In this document: positions 9,251-19,081 of the stretch, in pieces
How positions within the stretch are numbered: position 1 is the stretch's first letter
Layout: every line of letters begins with the position of its first letter
Assembly: GCA_965215515.1 (NCBI GenBank)
Contig: OZ244057.1
Coordinates: forward strand, 1,760,001 to 1,824,000
Source of the DNA: Oligoflexales bacterium
Lineage (GTDB): Bacteria; Bdellovibrionota_B; Oligoflexia; Oligoflexales; JAPPIL01
DNA length: 64,000 nucleotides
Direction of reading: 5' to 3'
Position numbers and translations under genes: made by a program
The notes under the pieces: generated by a model
What the model saw: only the letters and a program-made list of their open reading frames with translations
Told to the model about the DNA's origin: nothing
The model's database searches: none

Positions 9251-9532
9251 TTACTGAAATTTCCTTAAAGTTTCAAAGGAATAGATTCCCGTACGGTGTC
9301 CGTCGGAAAACGCAATCAACAGCGCATACCGCCCCACCGATTTTATTTCGGTAGGGCGAACATGATCGTCCGTTGCAATTTTGTCGGTCGCGGCGGATTT
9401 CTGCTCCGCACACGCGGCGCAGGGACAACCACGCCGCAGCGCGACGACATCGTACAGTCGCTCCATGCCGTCGTCCCACACGATTTTCAGGGTGCGTTCG
9501 TCGTGCTGGCTAATTTGCTGGGGGAAACTCAC
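9251..9532 (-). CDS. DUF971 (GBBH-like N-terminal) protein
   Basis: LRRGCPCAAC and VGRYALLIAFSDGHRTGIYSF. Confidence 0.9.
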   Translation of the reverse strand: MSFPQQISQHDERTLKIVWDDGMERLYDVVALRRGCPCAACAEQKSAATDKIATDDHVRPTEIKSVGRYALLIAFSDGHRTGIYSFETLRKFQ

Positions 9533-10452
9533 TGCTGCTTCTCCTTCGCCTGCCAGACGAGATGGAAACTGTGCATCTTGTCATCAGCGGCGACCGCGGC
9601 TGCGAGTTGGGCTTCGATCTGCTCGACAGCTTTACGATACGCAATGGCACTAGTGGCATTGGGGTACTGGAGTACTATGGGAATACCCCGATCGGATGTC
9701 AAGGCAACGTTTGTCGCGAGCGGGATTTTCCCCAGCAAGGGCACATTTGCCTTGCGTGCCAGCTTCTCTCCTCCCGCACTCAGGAACACATGGTGTTCTT
9801 TCTGGCAACCATCACAGACAAAACTACTCATCGTCTCGATGATCCCCAGCACGGGCACGTTAGTGGTGGCAAACAAGCCCAGTGCCTTCTCGACATCCCG
9901 CAATGCCACGTCTTGCGGGGTAGTTATCAGCACCGCCCCGCTGAATGCTACCGCTTGAGAGAGAGTTAGTTGAATATCGGAAGTGCCAGGCGGATAATCG
10001 ACGATCAGGTAATCGAGTCTACCCCACGCGACCTGTTCCAGAAACTGCTTGATCACCGCGGCAGCCATCGGCCCCCGCAGGATGTTGGCCTTCTGCCGTG
10101 TCTGGAACATCGCGACGGAGATGACCTTGACTCCGCCCAACTCAGGCGGTCGCACGGGGTGGCTGTTGTCTCGGGGATAGACGACGGGCTCGACCCGCGC
10201 GGTCAGCAGCGGAATCGAAGGGCCGAAGATGTCGGCATCGAGCAAACCCACCGCTAGACCTTTGTCGGCGAGCGCATAGGCGATGTTGACGGCGGTGGTC
10301 GATTTCCCCACCCCGCCCTTGCCGCTGGCGATGGCGATGACACGATCGACCGCCGCGAGAGTAGACCGCTCGCGCCCAGCAGTGACACGGCGGGCAGCAG
10401 CACCTCCGAAGGGCTTACCTGCTGTTCTGGCGGTTGTTCCAGCGGGGATCAT
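9529..10452 (-). CDS. mrp: Mrp/NBP35 (ApbC) Fe-S cluster carrier ATPase
   Basis: ASGKGGVGKST, LDADIFGPS, LRGPM, DYLIVDYPPGT, TTPQ, CDGC. Confidence 0.93.
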   Translation of the reverse strand: MIPAGTTARTAGKPFGGAAARRVTAGRERSTLAAVDRVIAIASGKGGVGKSTTAVNIAYALADKGLAVGLLDADIFGPSIPLLTARVEPVVYPRDNSHPVRPPELGGVKVISVAMFQTRQKANILRGPMAAAVIKQFLEQVAWGRLDYLIVDYPPGTSDIQLTLSQAVAFSGAVLITTPQDVALRDVEKALGLFATTNVPVLGIIETMSSFVCDGCQKEHHVFLSAGGEKLARKANVPLLGKIPLATNVALTSDRGIPIVLQYPNATSAIAYRKAVEQIEAQLAAAVAADDKMHSFHLVWQAKEKQQ

Positions 10453-10519
10453 AGGCCATCCAACCAACTCAAACGAGTTGCTAGCAGAGACAACACAAAA
10501 ATAAAAGCCTTAAAAATTT

Positions 10520-11449
10520 TTACCACATCCGAGGAGGCCCCGTCGTCATCTCCTCCTGCGGGGGAGGAAATTCACGCAAGTAGTCGGCACTGAAAATAAG
10601 TTGGAAATACTCCCGCAGGGTGACCAGCAACTGCTCGATGCTGGTGACACGGTAAGGCTCGCTTGCGTCGCTGGTCACGATAAAAGGATACGCGCTAGCA
10701 AGGTCGAGCTCCGCCTGCCCCCAATTCCATTTCGCCAGCTGTGCGTTGCTGTTTCGCCAAAAACCGTAAGACCCCCTCCATGCCTCGACAGTACCCCCGA
10801 CGATGAAGAGACTGGTGAAAAATAACGCAGGCCTGCTTCTGAAGAGCCTAAGACCATTTTCCATCTTCGCGAGACCCTCCCTGTGAGACTTGAGATGATC
10901 TTCCCAGCGCAAGTCTGGATTCTTTGTGCTGGCCTTTCTCCAAGTTCTCTCGGCGTTAGATTTAGATAAGTCATCGAGATATCTAGCGATGTCGGCATCG
11001 CCCATCTTGTGCAATGTCCACAGCTTGGTGAAGGCAAGGCGTGCTGCCTTCGGGGTGAGCACGCAGGCCAGGGCAACAAAGCCCAGTAGCGCAGCTGTCC
11101 CTGTCACGTAGCGTAACGCTTTACCCCCCACCCCTCGGATACGTAACCCCCCCGTCGCGGGGACAGCGGTGAAGACGACAGGGCTGCCGTCCCTCTCCTC
11201 AAAGGGGTTGAAACAACGCACCTGCAAGGCGGTCGCCGCACCCTCGCTAGCATCCACTGCCCGCAGAGGACAGAGCTGAAAATGATAGGGAGCTTCTCGC
11301 TCGACAAGATTTACCCGCGTCAAACTAAGCACATAACCCTCGTCGGCCACCGCCTGTGGCCGTGCCGCGGGCACAGGGCCACCACAGCTGGCAACAAACA
11401 ACACGAGAACCAGGCAGATACAACGAAAGCATGTAGTGCGTAATCTCAA
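10520..11449 (-). CDS. Hypothetical lipoprotein with two internal hydrophobic segments
   Basis: LFVASC lipobox; GGAGG upstream of TTG. Confidence 0.65.
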   Translation of the reverse strand: MRLRTTCFRCICLVLVLFVASCGGPVPAARPQAVADEGYVLSLTRVNLVEREAPYHFQLCPLRAVDASEGAATALQVRCFNPFEERDGSPVVFTAVPATGGLRIRGVGGKALRYVTGTAALLGFVALACVLTPKAARLAFTKLWTLHKMGDADIARYLDDLSKSNAERTWRKASTKNPDLRWEDHLKSHREGLAKMENGLRLFRSRPALFFTSLFIVGGTVEAWRGSYGFWRNSNAQLAKWNWGQAELDLASAYPFIVTSDASEPYRVTSIEQLLVTLREYFQLIFSADYLREFPPPQEEMTTGPPRMW

Positions 11450-11684
11450 AGAAGCCTCCGTTAGGAGGCAATACTATACCAAAGATTAAATAATACTACA
11501 ACAATTAAATTTATATTACAGCGGAGATGATATGCCTATTATGCCAAAATAACCTCTCTCTGAGAGAAGGTATGCAATATCTGTGTGTTGTATAAATAAA
11601 TTGCACTATAAATTACAGTTTTAAAAAAAATTGTCGTTGACAAGAACGTTGCTGTGGAGTTTTGAAAAAAGTTGGATCACAAGC

Positions 11685-12746
11685 TCAATCGCTCAGCCAA
11701 TCGAGCATCGCTTCCTTGACCGCATTATCCATCTGCGTCGCATGCGTTGTAGGTGGCATAACCCTGCCGACACCGTTGATCCTGTCGATCATGACATCCT
11801 TGCTTCGCCAGGCTAAACTGACGCTCCTCGCATAATCTGGATGACATGAGCAATATCGGCGGAAATGCTCCCCCATAGATTGCTTATAGATGTCTTGCTT
11901 CGCCGCCGTGATGCTAGCATCGACACTCAGCGACTGTGCATCACAACCCGTATCGGCAGCCGTCGCGGCACGCACCGTAGCAAAAGAAAACGATAGCGTA
12001 TGCTCAACCTCCATGTCCGCGACGAGAACAGTCGTATTCTCAAAGCCCACCAAATTGCTGAAGGGCGGACGAGCAGCACAAGCAACTCTCGTTAGACTGG
12101 CATTAAGCGAATTCCAAGCCCCATTGACCAGCGGCTTGATACCCTCCAAATACACCGCGTGCTGCGTGCTGAGCTGTAAGTTCCTAAGCTCGTAGCCACC
12201 TCCATCGCTGAGTGGCTCGATGTCCATCTGGAGCGAAATGCTCTCTTTGCCGTAATTGCTATCGACAAGATCGCCAATGTCGTAATGCAGCCTATTTCTG
12301 CCCGCTGGATCGAGAAGCGCCGTGCTCAGCACACTCGCCGCACTGCTTTGCCTCGCCTCTTTCCACGCGCCGATCGCCGCGATCAATGCGTCCCCCTCCG
12401 CCTGACAGTCGCGCGCACAGTTATGATGATCGTCTTTCAGACGACGCACAAGCCGCGAATTAGGAATGTTCTGAAAATCAACCTTGTTTCCCTCCATGAG
12501 GACACGCTGCGCGGCAGCCGCATCTCTGACAGCAAACAGCGGAGCTTGCTGCTGCCCATGACAAGACGCACAATGCTGCAACGCAGGCAACAAATGCTGC
12601 TCAAACGCCGCCACAGAATCAGCTGCCACACCGCCGCCCCCACCAGTCGTCTTGCCAGCTCTTGACACAACGTTGATACTGTCGGAACAAGCATATAGCA
12701 GAACCACCAACAACAAGACTTTCTTGTCATCGCCACACATCACCAT
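11685..12746 (-). CDS. Putative c-type cytochrome lipoprotein
   Basis: LLYAC lipobox; CASCH heme motif; HHNCARDC; C-terminal CSCH...MPP. Confidence 0.7.
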   Translation of the reverse strand: MVMCGDDKKVLLLVVLLYACSDSINVVSRAGKTTGGGGGVAADSVAAFEQHLLPALQHCASCHGQQQAPLFAVRDAAAAQRVLMEGNKVDFQNIPNSRLVRRLKDDHHNCARDCQAEGDALIAAIGAWKEARQSSAASVLSTALLDPAGRNRLHYDIGDLVDSNYGKESISLQMDIEPLSDGGGYELRNLQLSTQHAVYLEGIKPLVNGAWNSLNASLTRVACAARPPFSNLVGFENTTVLVADMEVEHTLSFSFATVRAATAADTGCDAQSLSVDASITAAKQDIYKQSMGEHFRRYCSCHPDYARSVSLAWRSKDVMIDRINGVGRVMPPTTHATQMDNAVKEAMLDWLSD

Positions 12747-12756
12747 TGCCCTGGCA

Positions 12757-14205
12757 TCACGCTTTCCTGATGAACAGGTAGTCGTCGAGTTCCTCAGCCC
12801 GAATCGGACTGCCCTGCACAATTTTCTGTAGCTCGCCTTCCCGTCCCTGCCAGGCTAACCAGTTTGCGAGCACCGCAGTCGCATGTGCCCCAGGATTCTC
12901 GCTGATTTTGCCATGTCGTTCAGGATTGAGATCGACCGTGCCACCGTCAGCCGCACGATAAGCACCCATCTGCTTGAAAACCAGATCAGGCCTCCCACTA
13001 GGGTCATAGAGGAGCACAAAAGCCGCCGCACGAGTCTCGCTATCACCCCGCCAGACATATTTTTCCACCCCATCGCCCACATCCTCCGCAGCCGCATTAA
13101 CGTTGGCATCAACACCCCCGTCGGTATAAACATGCAGCATCAACTTGCGTTCCAGGGCCGCGGCCATCGCTAACACTGTGCCGATCACCTCACCGGCCCG
13201 CTCGTCCCGCTCTTCCCCTGTCGTCGCTGTGCCATCGTGGTAATCATAGCCACCCATGGCAATCGTCCCCGCTCCCGCATAGCCCATCAGCGACAAGTAG
13301 GCGACTTCGACCGCCGCCTCAGACACACCTCTCAGCACCCCTGCACGGTTGAGCGCCGCCAACTTGGGATGGCGACGAGGATCGAGATCACTGGCCGTCA
13401 CCGCACTGCTCTCACCATCGTTCGCAGTCAGCAAGTCTTTAGCATCGAGGTAACCACACTTGATCATCTCCCGTGCCTGCTCAGGCAAACTCAAACGAGA
13501 GAACTGCTGCAACTGTGTCTCGCTCAGGTCCTCCAACAACGCCAAAACCCCCGCCATCTTCCGCGGGGAACGTTTCCAGAAATCGCCAGGCGAAATCAAC
13601 TGCGTCGCACTCGCAATATCCCTGATGAAAGCAGGAGTGACCCCGCTGGGGAACGGCGTGGCGGAATTACCCCCCGAACCACCTGGAAAAGAGGGGCGCG
13701 TGCCGACGAGAGGAGTGACCAGACCACCCCCGCCCGCCACGAAAATGCCAGGAGCAGAAGCCAGACGATTGCTGGCAGTATCATCGGCAGATTGCGTGCA
13801 GATGACACAACCGCTTACCTTCGCCAGAGCATCCGCCGCCACCGCACGTATCCCTCGCAACATCGGACTTGCCGCGTGCATCGCCAATCCCGCCTCGTGA
13901 TTGATCATTCCGTCCAAATGCGGAGCGAGTGCCGTCGGCAAACCTAAACCACGATAATCGCTGAGCAAATCGCCCCCGCGGTCGTAAACCATGATATTGT
14001 TACCCGCGATGCTCGCACCGCCTTGTAGGTCAATCCCGATGAAGGCGGGCGCATCACTGGCCACCTCCGCTTTCTCACATCCAGCCGCCGCCAACGCCCT
14101 GCCGTCGAGAAGCAACGTCGTCAAGCTCGGCAGACATACCGAAGCGGAAATCGGCACCGCCCCCGCGGCACTGAGAAAATCACGGCGCGACAGGTGTTTT
14201 TTCAT
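12757..14205 (-). CDS. Tat-exported DUF1501-like protein
   Basis: SRRDFL twin-arginine signal; DLQGGASIAG; GGYDYHDG; YTDGG. Confidence 0.75.
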   Translation of the reverse strand: MKKHLSRRDFLSAAGAVPISASVCLPSLTTLLLDGRALAAAGCEKAEVASDAPAFIGIDLQGGASIAGNNIMVYDRGGDLLSDYRGLGLPTALAPHLDGMINHEAGLAMHAASPMLRGIRAVAADALAKVSGCVICTQSADDTASNRLASAPGIFVAGGGGLVTPLVGTRPSFPGGSGGNSATPFPSGVTPAFIRDIASATQLISPGDFWKRSPRKMAGVLALLEDLSETQLQQFSRLSLPEQAREMIKCGYLDAKDLLTANDGESSAVTASDLDPRRHPKLAALNRAGVLRGVSEAAVEVAYLSLMGYAGAGTIAMGGYDYHDGTATTGEERDERAGEVIGTVLAMAAALERKLMLHVYTDGGVDANVNAAAEDVGDGVEKYVWRGDSETRAAAFVLLYDPSGRPDLVFKQMGAYRAADGGTVDLNPERHGKISENPGAHATAVLANWLAWQGREGELQKIVQGSPIRAEELDDYLFIRKA

Positions 14206-14225
14206 CCTCTATCCCTCCATCGTTA

Positions 14226-14873
14226 CTAGTGAAAAACCACCGCGGCACTGGCCAGCATGGCGTTACAGACCCCGAACAATACCTCGCCCGTGCTTCCCAT
14301 CCTCGTGTTTCCGCCGCGCAGGTAGCGTGCTTCGCCCGCCCCTTCGCCCAACGCTTCGGCGATGAACGTGCTGATGTCAGTAACCGCCTGCTGACGGTCT
14401 ATCTCGACCGACGCAGCTCTGCGCCAAAAAGCATCGCTAAGAGTATCTACAATCTCGGCACGGCGGGCAGGGGCGAGCGCCTCCGCGGGCGCAGCTGCGA
14501 AATCGATGCTCGGCAAGATTGTCGCACGCACATCGGTATTCTTGTTGATCAGCTGATTGCAATAAGCACCTGCGAGACGAAAGACACCCACCTGCATTTG
14601 ACCGTTAAAACCGCTGAGCGAGTTGTCGAGTGGCAACATACTGCTAACAATCTGATAATCGCCACGCACCGCCTTGCTATCGATGCCCGTCAGCTGACTC
14701 AGCGTGATGTTGATCTCGCGAAAGTCACGCACCGCAGCTGACATGCTCCCCTTACCCGCTGCCGCAAGAACATCTGAATAGGCATCATCTTCGCCTGTCG
14801 TGTTGCGGAGAAGCCCCTCCCTCTCGCTACAGGCGACCGACACGAGCAAAAAAACAATCAGCAATGCGTGCAT
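14226..14873 (-). CDS. Hypothetical lipoprotein of the four-gene cluster
   Basis: LVSVAC lipobox; ATG overlaps upstream stop (TGATG); RDFREINITLSQLTG...LAGAYCNQL. Confidence 0.7.
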   Translation of the reverse strand: MHALLIVFLLVSVACSEREGLLRNTTGEDDAYSDVLAAAGKGSMSAAVRDFREINITLSQLTGIDSKAVRGDYQIVSSMLPLDNSLSGFNGQMQVGVFRLAGAYCNQLINKNTDVRATILPSIDFAAAPAEALAPARRAEIVDTLSDAFWRRAASVEIDRQQAVTDISTFIAEALGEGAGEARYLRGGNTRMGSTGEVLFGVCNAMLASAAVVFH

Positions 14874-16240
14874 CACCCGCCCCCTTTCCCCGCCAAGCAA
14901 GTCACCGCAGTGGCGGCGAACAGCTTGCGCATGTTGTATTGCCCCTGCTCGAAATAATTAGCCAGGGTACTGGTAAGTGCAGCATCTTCCTCGCCTGCTG
15001 CGGTGGAACAGACTTGGCGTTGCGCGTGTGTCGCCATGCACGTTGCGAAGGCTTGGCTGGAGGCAATCATGATACCCCACTCGCGTGCGCCGTTGCCGCT
15101 GGTTTTGCCGCGCCAACCGAGAGCATCGTTCTGCCCTGTCGTCCACAGATTTCTGAAGGAATCGGTGGCGTTTTCCTCCTTGCGATAGTCATAACCGCCT
15201 GCATAGACAATATTTCTAGTGATCTTTTTGCGCACCAACCCGCTGCGGTAGATGAGTTGCTCGCCGAGATAGCGTCCGCGATCGGTGAACTTGACCTGAT
15301 CTTCCTCAAAATCATAAAAGACATTCCAGCCGCTGAGAGCATCCAACCCCGCGTGGCAACCGATACAACGTCGTTTGAACAGTTGGTGGTCACCGCCTGG
15401 CTCACGATGCACGTCGGGACGGATGAAACCATCCTGCACCGTGATGTCGTGCAACTGCTCCATGTCGTGACAGAGAAAATACTTCAGCACAAACGCCGTC
15501 GCTCGCCTGTTCGTGCCTGCCGAATAGTAGGCACTGGCAAACCCACGGGTAGAGAGAACGCCTGCGATTGCTGCCGTCGGCATCGCACCCTCCGCGACGA
15601 TCGACCAGCGTACCCGTCCTCCCGTCGCACGATCGTCCCCTTCGATACGAAACCACTGCCCCCGTGGGGTTTCTGACTGTCGCCGTCGCTGCAATGCTGC
15701 CTGCAAATCATGACCATCTAGACAGTGGTAGTGTTCGTTGGAATCACCTCGATAGGAGGGAAACACCCCGTCCTTGCACCACCCGTATTGTGCGTTGCGG
15801 GAAATCGGTTGCCCTTCCTCGTCGAAGTAGCTCTTCGGCTCGACGATCAGGCCGTCATTAGCGGTGTAGAGGTGATCACCATACAGTGCCTCCCTGAACG
15901 GAATGTCGTCCCTGACAATGCCGATCAAGGTCGCGATCATATCGTTAAGCACGACGTTGGGGTTGCCCGCAACGTTCGACCAAGAACTGAACAGACTGCG
16001 CAATTTGAGGTTGTAGAACGCGGGGTTCTGTGTCGCCAACAGTGCCGCTTGCTGTGGTTTGTCCTTGGCCAGTAACTCGACCATCTCGGTCAGCGTCCCC
16101 GCCGACGGCGGTACGCCAGCAATGCGGTTGTGCATCAACACCGCGGTCGCGGTCATCTCGTCTCTGCTCGCGGCAGATTGCAACACGCCCGCGAGCAAGA
16201 TGCACGCACACAGAGCGACCCCTTTGCATAGCCTATCCAC
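14873..16240 (-). CDS. Secreted CxxCH protein with DUF1585-like C-terminus
   Basis: Signal peptide; CIGCHAGLD; C-terminal GAREWGIMIASSQAFATC...YNMRKLFA. Confidence 0.7.
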   Translation of the reverse strand: MDRLCKGVALCACILLAGVLQSAASRDEMTATAVLMHNRIAGVPPSAGTLTEMVELLAKDKPQQAALLATQNPAFYNLKLRSLFSSWSNVAGNPNVVLNDMIATLIGIVRDDIPFREALYGDHLYTANDGLIVEPKSYFDEEGQPISRNAQYGWCKDGVFPSYRGDSNEHYHCLDGHDLQAALQRRRQSETPRGQWFRIEGDDRATGGRVRWSIVAEGAMPTAAIAGVLSTRGFASAYYSAGTNRRATAFVLKYFLCHDMEQLHDITVQDGFIRPDVHREPGGDHQLFKRRCIGCHAGLDALSGWNVFYDFEEDQVKFTDRGRYLGEQLIYRSGLVRKKITRNIVYAGGYDYRKEENATDSFRNLWTTGQNDALGWRGKTSGNGAREWGIMIASSQAFATCMATHAQRQVCSTAAGEEDAALTSTLANYFEQGQYNMRKLFAATAVTCLAGKGGG

Positions 16241-16339
16241 TGCCGTTCTCCCCTCTAGATGCCCCCATCTCCACTGTCTTATCGGCAACATACTGTCCTA
16301 CCTTAGAAACATCCCTATTTTTTGCTAACAATAAAAATT

Positions 16340-17731
16340 TCAGGAAGTTAGCTTGCGGAGGTGCGCGATCACGATACCTGTGGCACTGATGGTGATCCCG
16401 ACGTACAGCGCATCGAGCCATGCGTTGTTGGGGTAGAATTTCCAAGCCGTTACTCCTGCCGCGGAGGCCAGGCAGATGCTAACGAATTGCCTGTCCTGCA
16501 GTTTGTGACGCGCACAGAAGTATCCGTGGAGCACGGGTAGTAGCAGGCAGGCGGCGGAGTATGTGCCTAATGTTTTCCATACTTGGGGAATATTGTTCTG
16601 GAATAGCTGCACCAGTGCCAGCGTCAGCAGTCCTGAAAGAGTAAGGGCAAGGATATGCGGCCATTTCGACGTGTTCTGCTTGTAGCCCAGCAGGTCGAAC
16701 GACACCGATGTCGAGGCGATGAAGAGGTAGGAATCCATCGTCGAGAGGATGGTGGCACAGATGCCTGCCAGCAGCAGACCTTTCACCCCCGCGGGCAGGA
16801 TGGACAAGCCGTAGGTGAGGTAGGCGTGTGCGGCATCGAGCTCTGGGTACACGGCACGGGCGTACATTGCGCCGAGCACGGTGCAGAGGTCGAAGGTTAC
16901 CCAAATGCAGGTGCTGAGCACGATACCCTTGCGCGCGACGGTAAGCGAGCGGGCGGCGAACACGCGCTGGTAGAAATTGGGATCGACCAGTGTTGACAAG
17001 GCGATAAACCCCCATACTAGGGTGGGCAGGAGTAGGTCGCTGCTAAACGGTGTGAGGTGAGTAGGGGGGAGGTGTTGCCGCAAGAAATCGTAACCGCCGT
17101 AGGTCAGGTAAGAAAACAGCAGCACGATCGCTACTGCCGTGTACATAGCGATGAACTGCGCGATATCCGAATAGACGATGGCACGAAACCCGCTCACCGC
17201 CGAGTAGCAGACGATGGCCAGCAAGCCCACTGCGGTGCAGACAAAAAAATCACCGCCGCTGAGTATCTGCAAAAAAATTCCCAGGCTGATAGCATAGGCG
17301 AGGGGCAGGACGTTACAGAAATTAAATATGCTGCTCAGTCGTCCCGACCACGGCCCGAACATCTGCGTCACTAGTTCTGGCAAGGTCATGGCATCGAACT
17401 TGCGCACTGCGGGGGCGATCAAAAATGCAAACAGCAGATAGGTAACGTACCAGAAAACACCTTGCACCAGGAAGGCGTACACACCCTTCTCAAAGGCAAA
17501 TTGTGTCACTCCGAAGATACCGCCGTACCAGGTGGCGGCGAGTGTCGCGACGAACAGCGGCAGCGTCAACTGCCGCCCCATCAGCATGTAATCGAGCACG
17601 CCAGCTTGTGTCGAGGAGAGCTTGCCTTTGCGCTGCGTTCCGTGAACGACCAGCAAGAGTGTCGCGGTCAGCACCGCTGCAAACACTAGCCAATCGTAAA
17701 CGGTGACAGCCGCGACTACCTCTGCGGTCAT
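16340..17731 (-). CDS. Sodium:solute symporter (SSS) family transporter
   Basis: Multi-TM; ATWYGG, TLPELV, YSAVSGFRAIVYSDIAQ, FYQRVFAARS, ILSTMDS. Confidence 0.9.
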   Translation of the reverse strand: MTAEVVAAVTVYDWLVFAAVLTATLLLVVHGTQRKGKLSSTQAGVLDYMLMGRQLTLPLFVATLAATWYGGIFGVTQFAFEKGVYAFLVQGVFWYVTYLLFAFLIAPAVRKFDAMTLPELVTQMFGPWSGRLSSIFNFCNVLPLAYAISLGIFLQILSGGDFFVCTAVGLLAIVCYSAVSGFRAIVYSDIAQFIAMYTAVAIVLLFSYLTYGGYDFLRQHLPPTHLTPFSSDLLLPTLVWGFIALSTLVDPNFYQRVFAARSLTVARKGIVLSTCIWVTFDLCTVLGAMYARAVYPELDAAHAYLTYGLSILPAGVKGLLLAGICATILSTMDSYLFIASTSVSFDLLGYKQNTSKWPHILALTLSGLLTLALVQLFQNNIPQVWKTLGTYSAACLLLPVLHGYFCARHKLQDRQFVSICLASAAGVTAWKFYPNNAWLDALYVGITISATGIVIAHLRKLTS

Positions 17732-17869
17732 CTAGTTGTCCTACACGCTGTTGCCGTTGCATGCTAGACACCCTCAGGTCGCAAACAACGCTGCCGTGTA
17801 TGTTTTACTGCACACGGAGTTTTTTGCCAAGCGGCTCTCGGGGGAGGGCGAGCGAGTTTTGGGGCGCGC

Positions 17870-18874
17870 TCAGTAGACCTGTTGCAGCAAGCTGCGTCTG
17901 ATAATCTCCACTTCGTACTGGTGAGAGCCTTCGGCCTCGTAGTCGTCGAGAAATTCAGCAATTTTGCGTGCGACGGCGGGGTCGCGTTGGGCGAGGCGTA
18001 AATCGTCGAGTGCTTCTTGTACGGCTCCGCCGCGCAGCAGCAGCACTCCGCGCTTGAAGTAGAGCGGTGCTGCGTCGGGGGCAAGCTGCAGGGCGTTACT
18101 GTAGTAGAAGTAGGCGAGCGGCGGGTCGGCGTAGTCTGCTGCCACGAGCAGGCGTTGCAGGGCAAAGTTGTGATTGACTCCCGCGGCGGTGAGTAGCCCC
18201 ATGACGAGAGCGGTAAGCAGTGCGATGCGTAGGCCACGACGACGATCGGTCAGTACGAGTCGGTTAGGGCGTAGGTAAAGAATCGCCATCGTTGCCACGA
18301 TACCAAACAGCAGTCCTCCGATATGCGCAGCATTATCGATCCCAGGCATGATAAAACCGAACAGCACGTTGATGCCGACGAGGAGGGTGAATTGACTCCA
18401 GCCGCGTCGCATACCACCTAGTGCTTGCAAACGCTGCTGGAAACGGCGATCGAGATACCAGCCTGCGCCGAGCAGACCGAACAGTGCTCCTGATGCTCCT
18501 GCGCTGATACCGAGGGTGAATACGGCACTGCACAGGTTACCAGCGAGACCCGCACCGAGGTAGATAACCAGAAAGAGGTATTTGCCGAAGATCTGTTCGA
18601 TGTGTCTGCCGATGACGTACAAGCCTAGACTGTTGAAGGCGAAGTGCATCACGCCGACGTGAATGAAGATGGGGGTGAAAAAACGCCACCACTCGCCTTG
18701 TACCAGCCGCACGGTATCTTTCGCCCCCAGGGCAATCAAGACATCGGTAGGTGGTGCACCGAAGAATGTGCCGCTCAGCCAGCAGGTGACAAGAAAGATG
18801 GTGAGGTTGAGAAGAAATATCCAGCCTGTTGCGGTGTGTAGTAGGAAGCTGCGTGCCGCGTCGGAGTTTATCAT
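17870..18874 (-). CDS. Rhomboid intramembrane serine protease with C-terminal TPR
   Basis: WWRFFTPIFIH, HFAFN, GASG, AHIGG; GGAGG RBS before ATG 18874; TPR tail. Confidence 0.9.
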   Translation of the reverse strand: MINSDAARSFLLHTATGWIFLLNLTIFLVTCWLSGTFFGAPPTDVLIALGAKDTVRLVQGEWWRFFTPIFIHVGVMHFAFNSLGLYVIGRHIEQIFGKYLFLVIYLGAGLAGNLCSAVFTLGISAGASGALFGLLGAGWYLDRRFQQRLQALGGMRRGWSQFTLLVGINVLFGFIMPGIDNAAHIGGLLFGIVATMAILYLRPNRLVLTDRRRGLRIALLTALVMGLLTAAGVNHNFALQRLLVAADYADPPLAYFYYSNALQLAPDAAPLYFKRGVLLLRGGAVQEALDDLRLAQRDPAVARKIAEFLDDYEAEGSHQYEVEIIRRSLLQQVY

Positions 18875-19081
18875 GCTGTGTATGTCCTCCGTGGCGTGAG
18901 AGCGTGCGGCAACTCTTGACTGCACGTGCCCCGCCTTAGCTGCGCAGCATACCACGAACAGCACTCGGCAGGAAGATACCCACACGCAGCGTACATGTTC
19001 GGCAGTTGTGCTAGAATATCTCTGTGAGATCGCGGTGCTGGGGTAAGTCACGGCTGGATACTATCGGGCGAAGGAGGTCGC

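Noticed and set aside
12757..14205. Type II secretion GspF label that I recall being attached to similar proteins
   Set aside because: Tat-exported soluble protein with no GspF TM pattern and no gsp genes nearby
17732..17869. TPP riboswitch upstream of the SSS transporter (ACCTGA...AGCGTGTAGGA)
   Set aside because: No CTGAGA core or proper spacing; region is better read as a TTGGCA-17-TAAAAC promoter plus a short hairpin UTR
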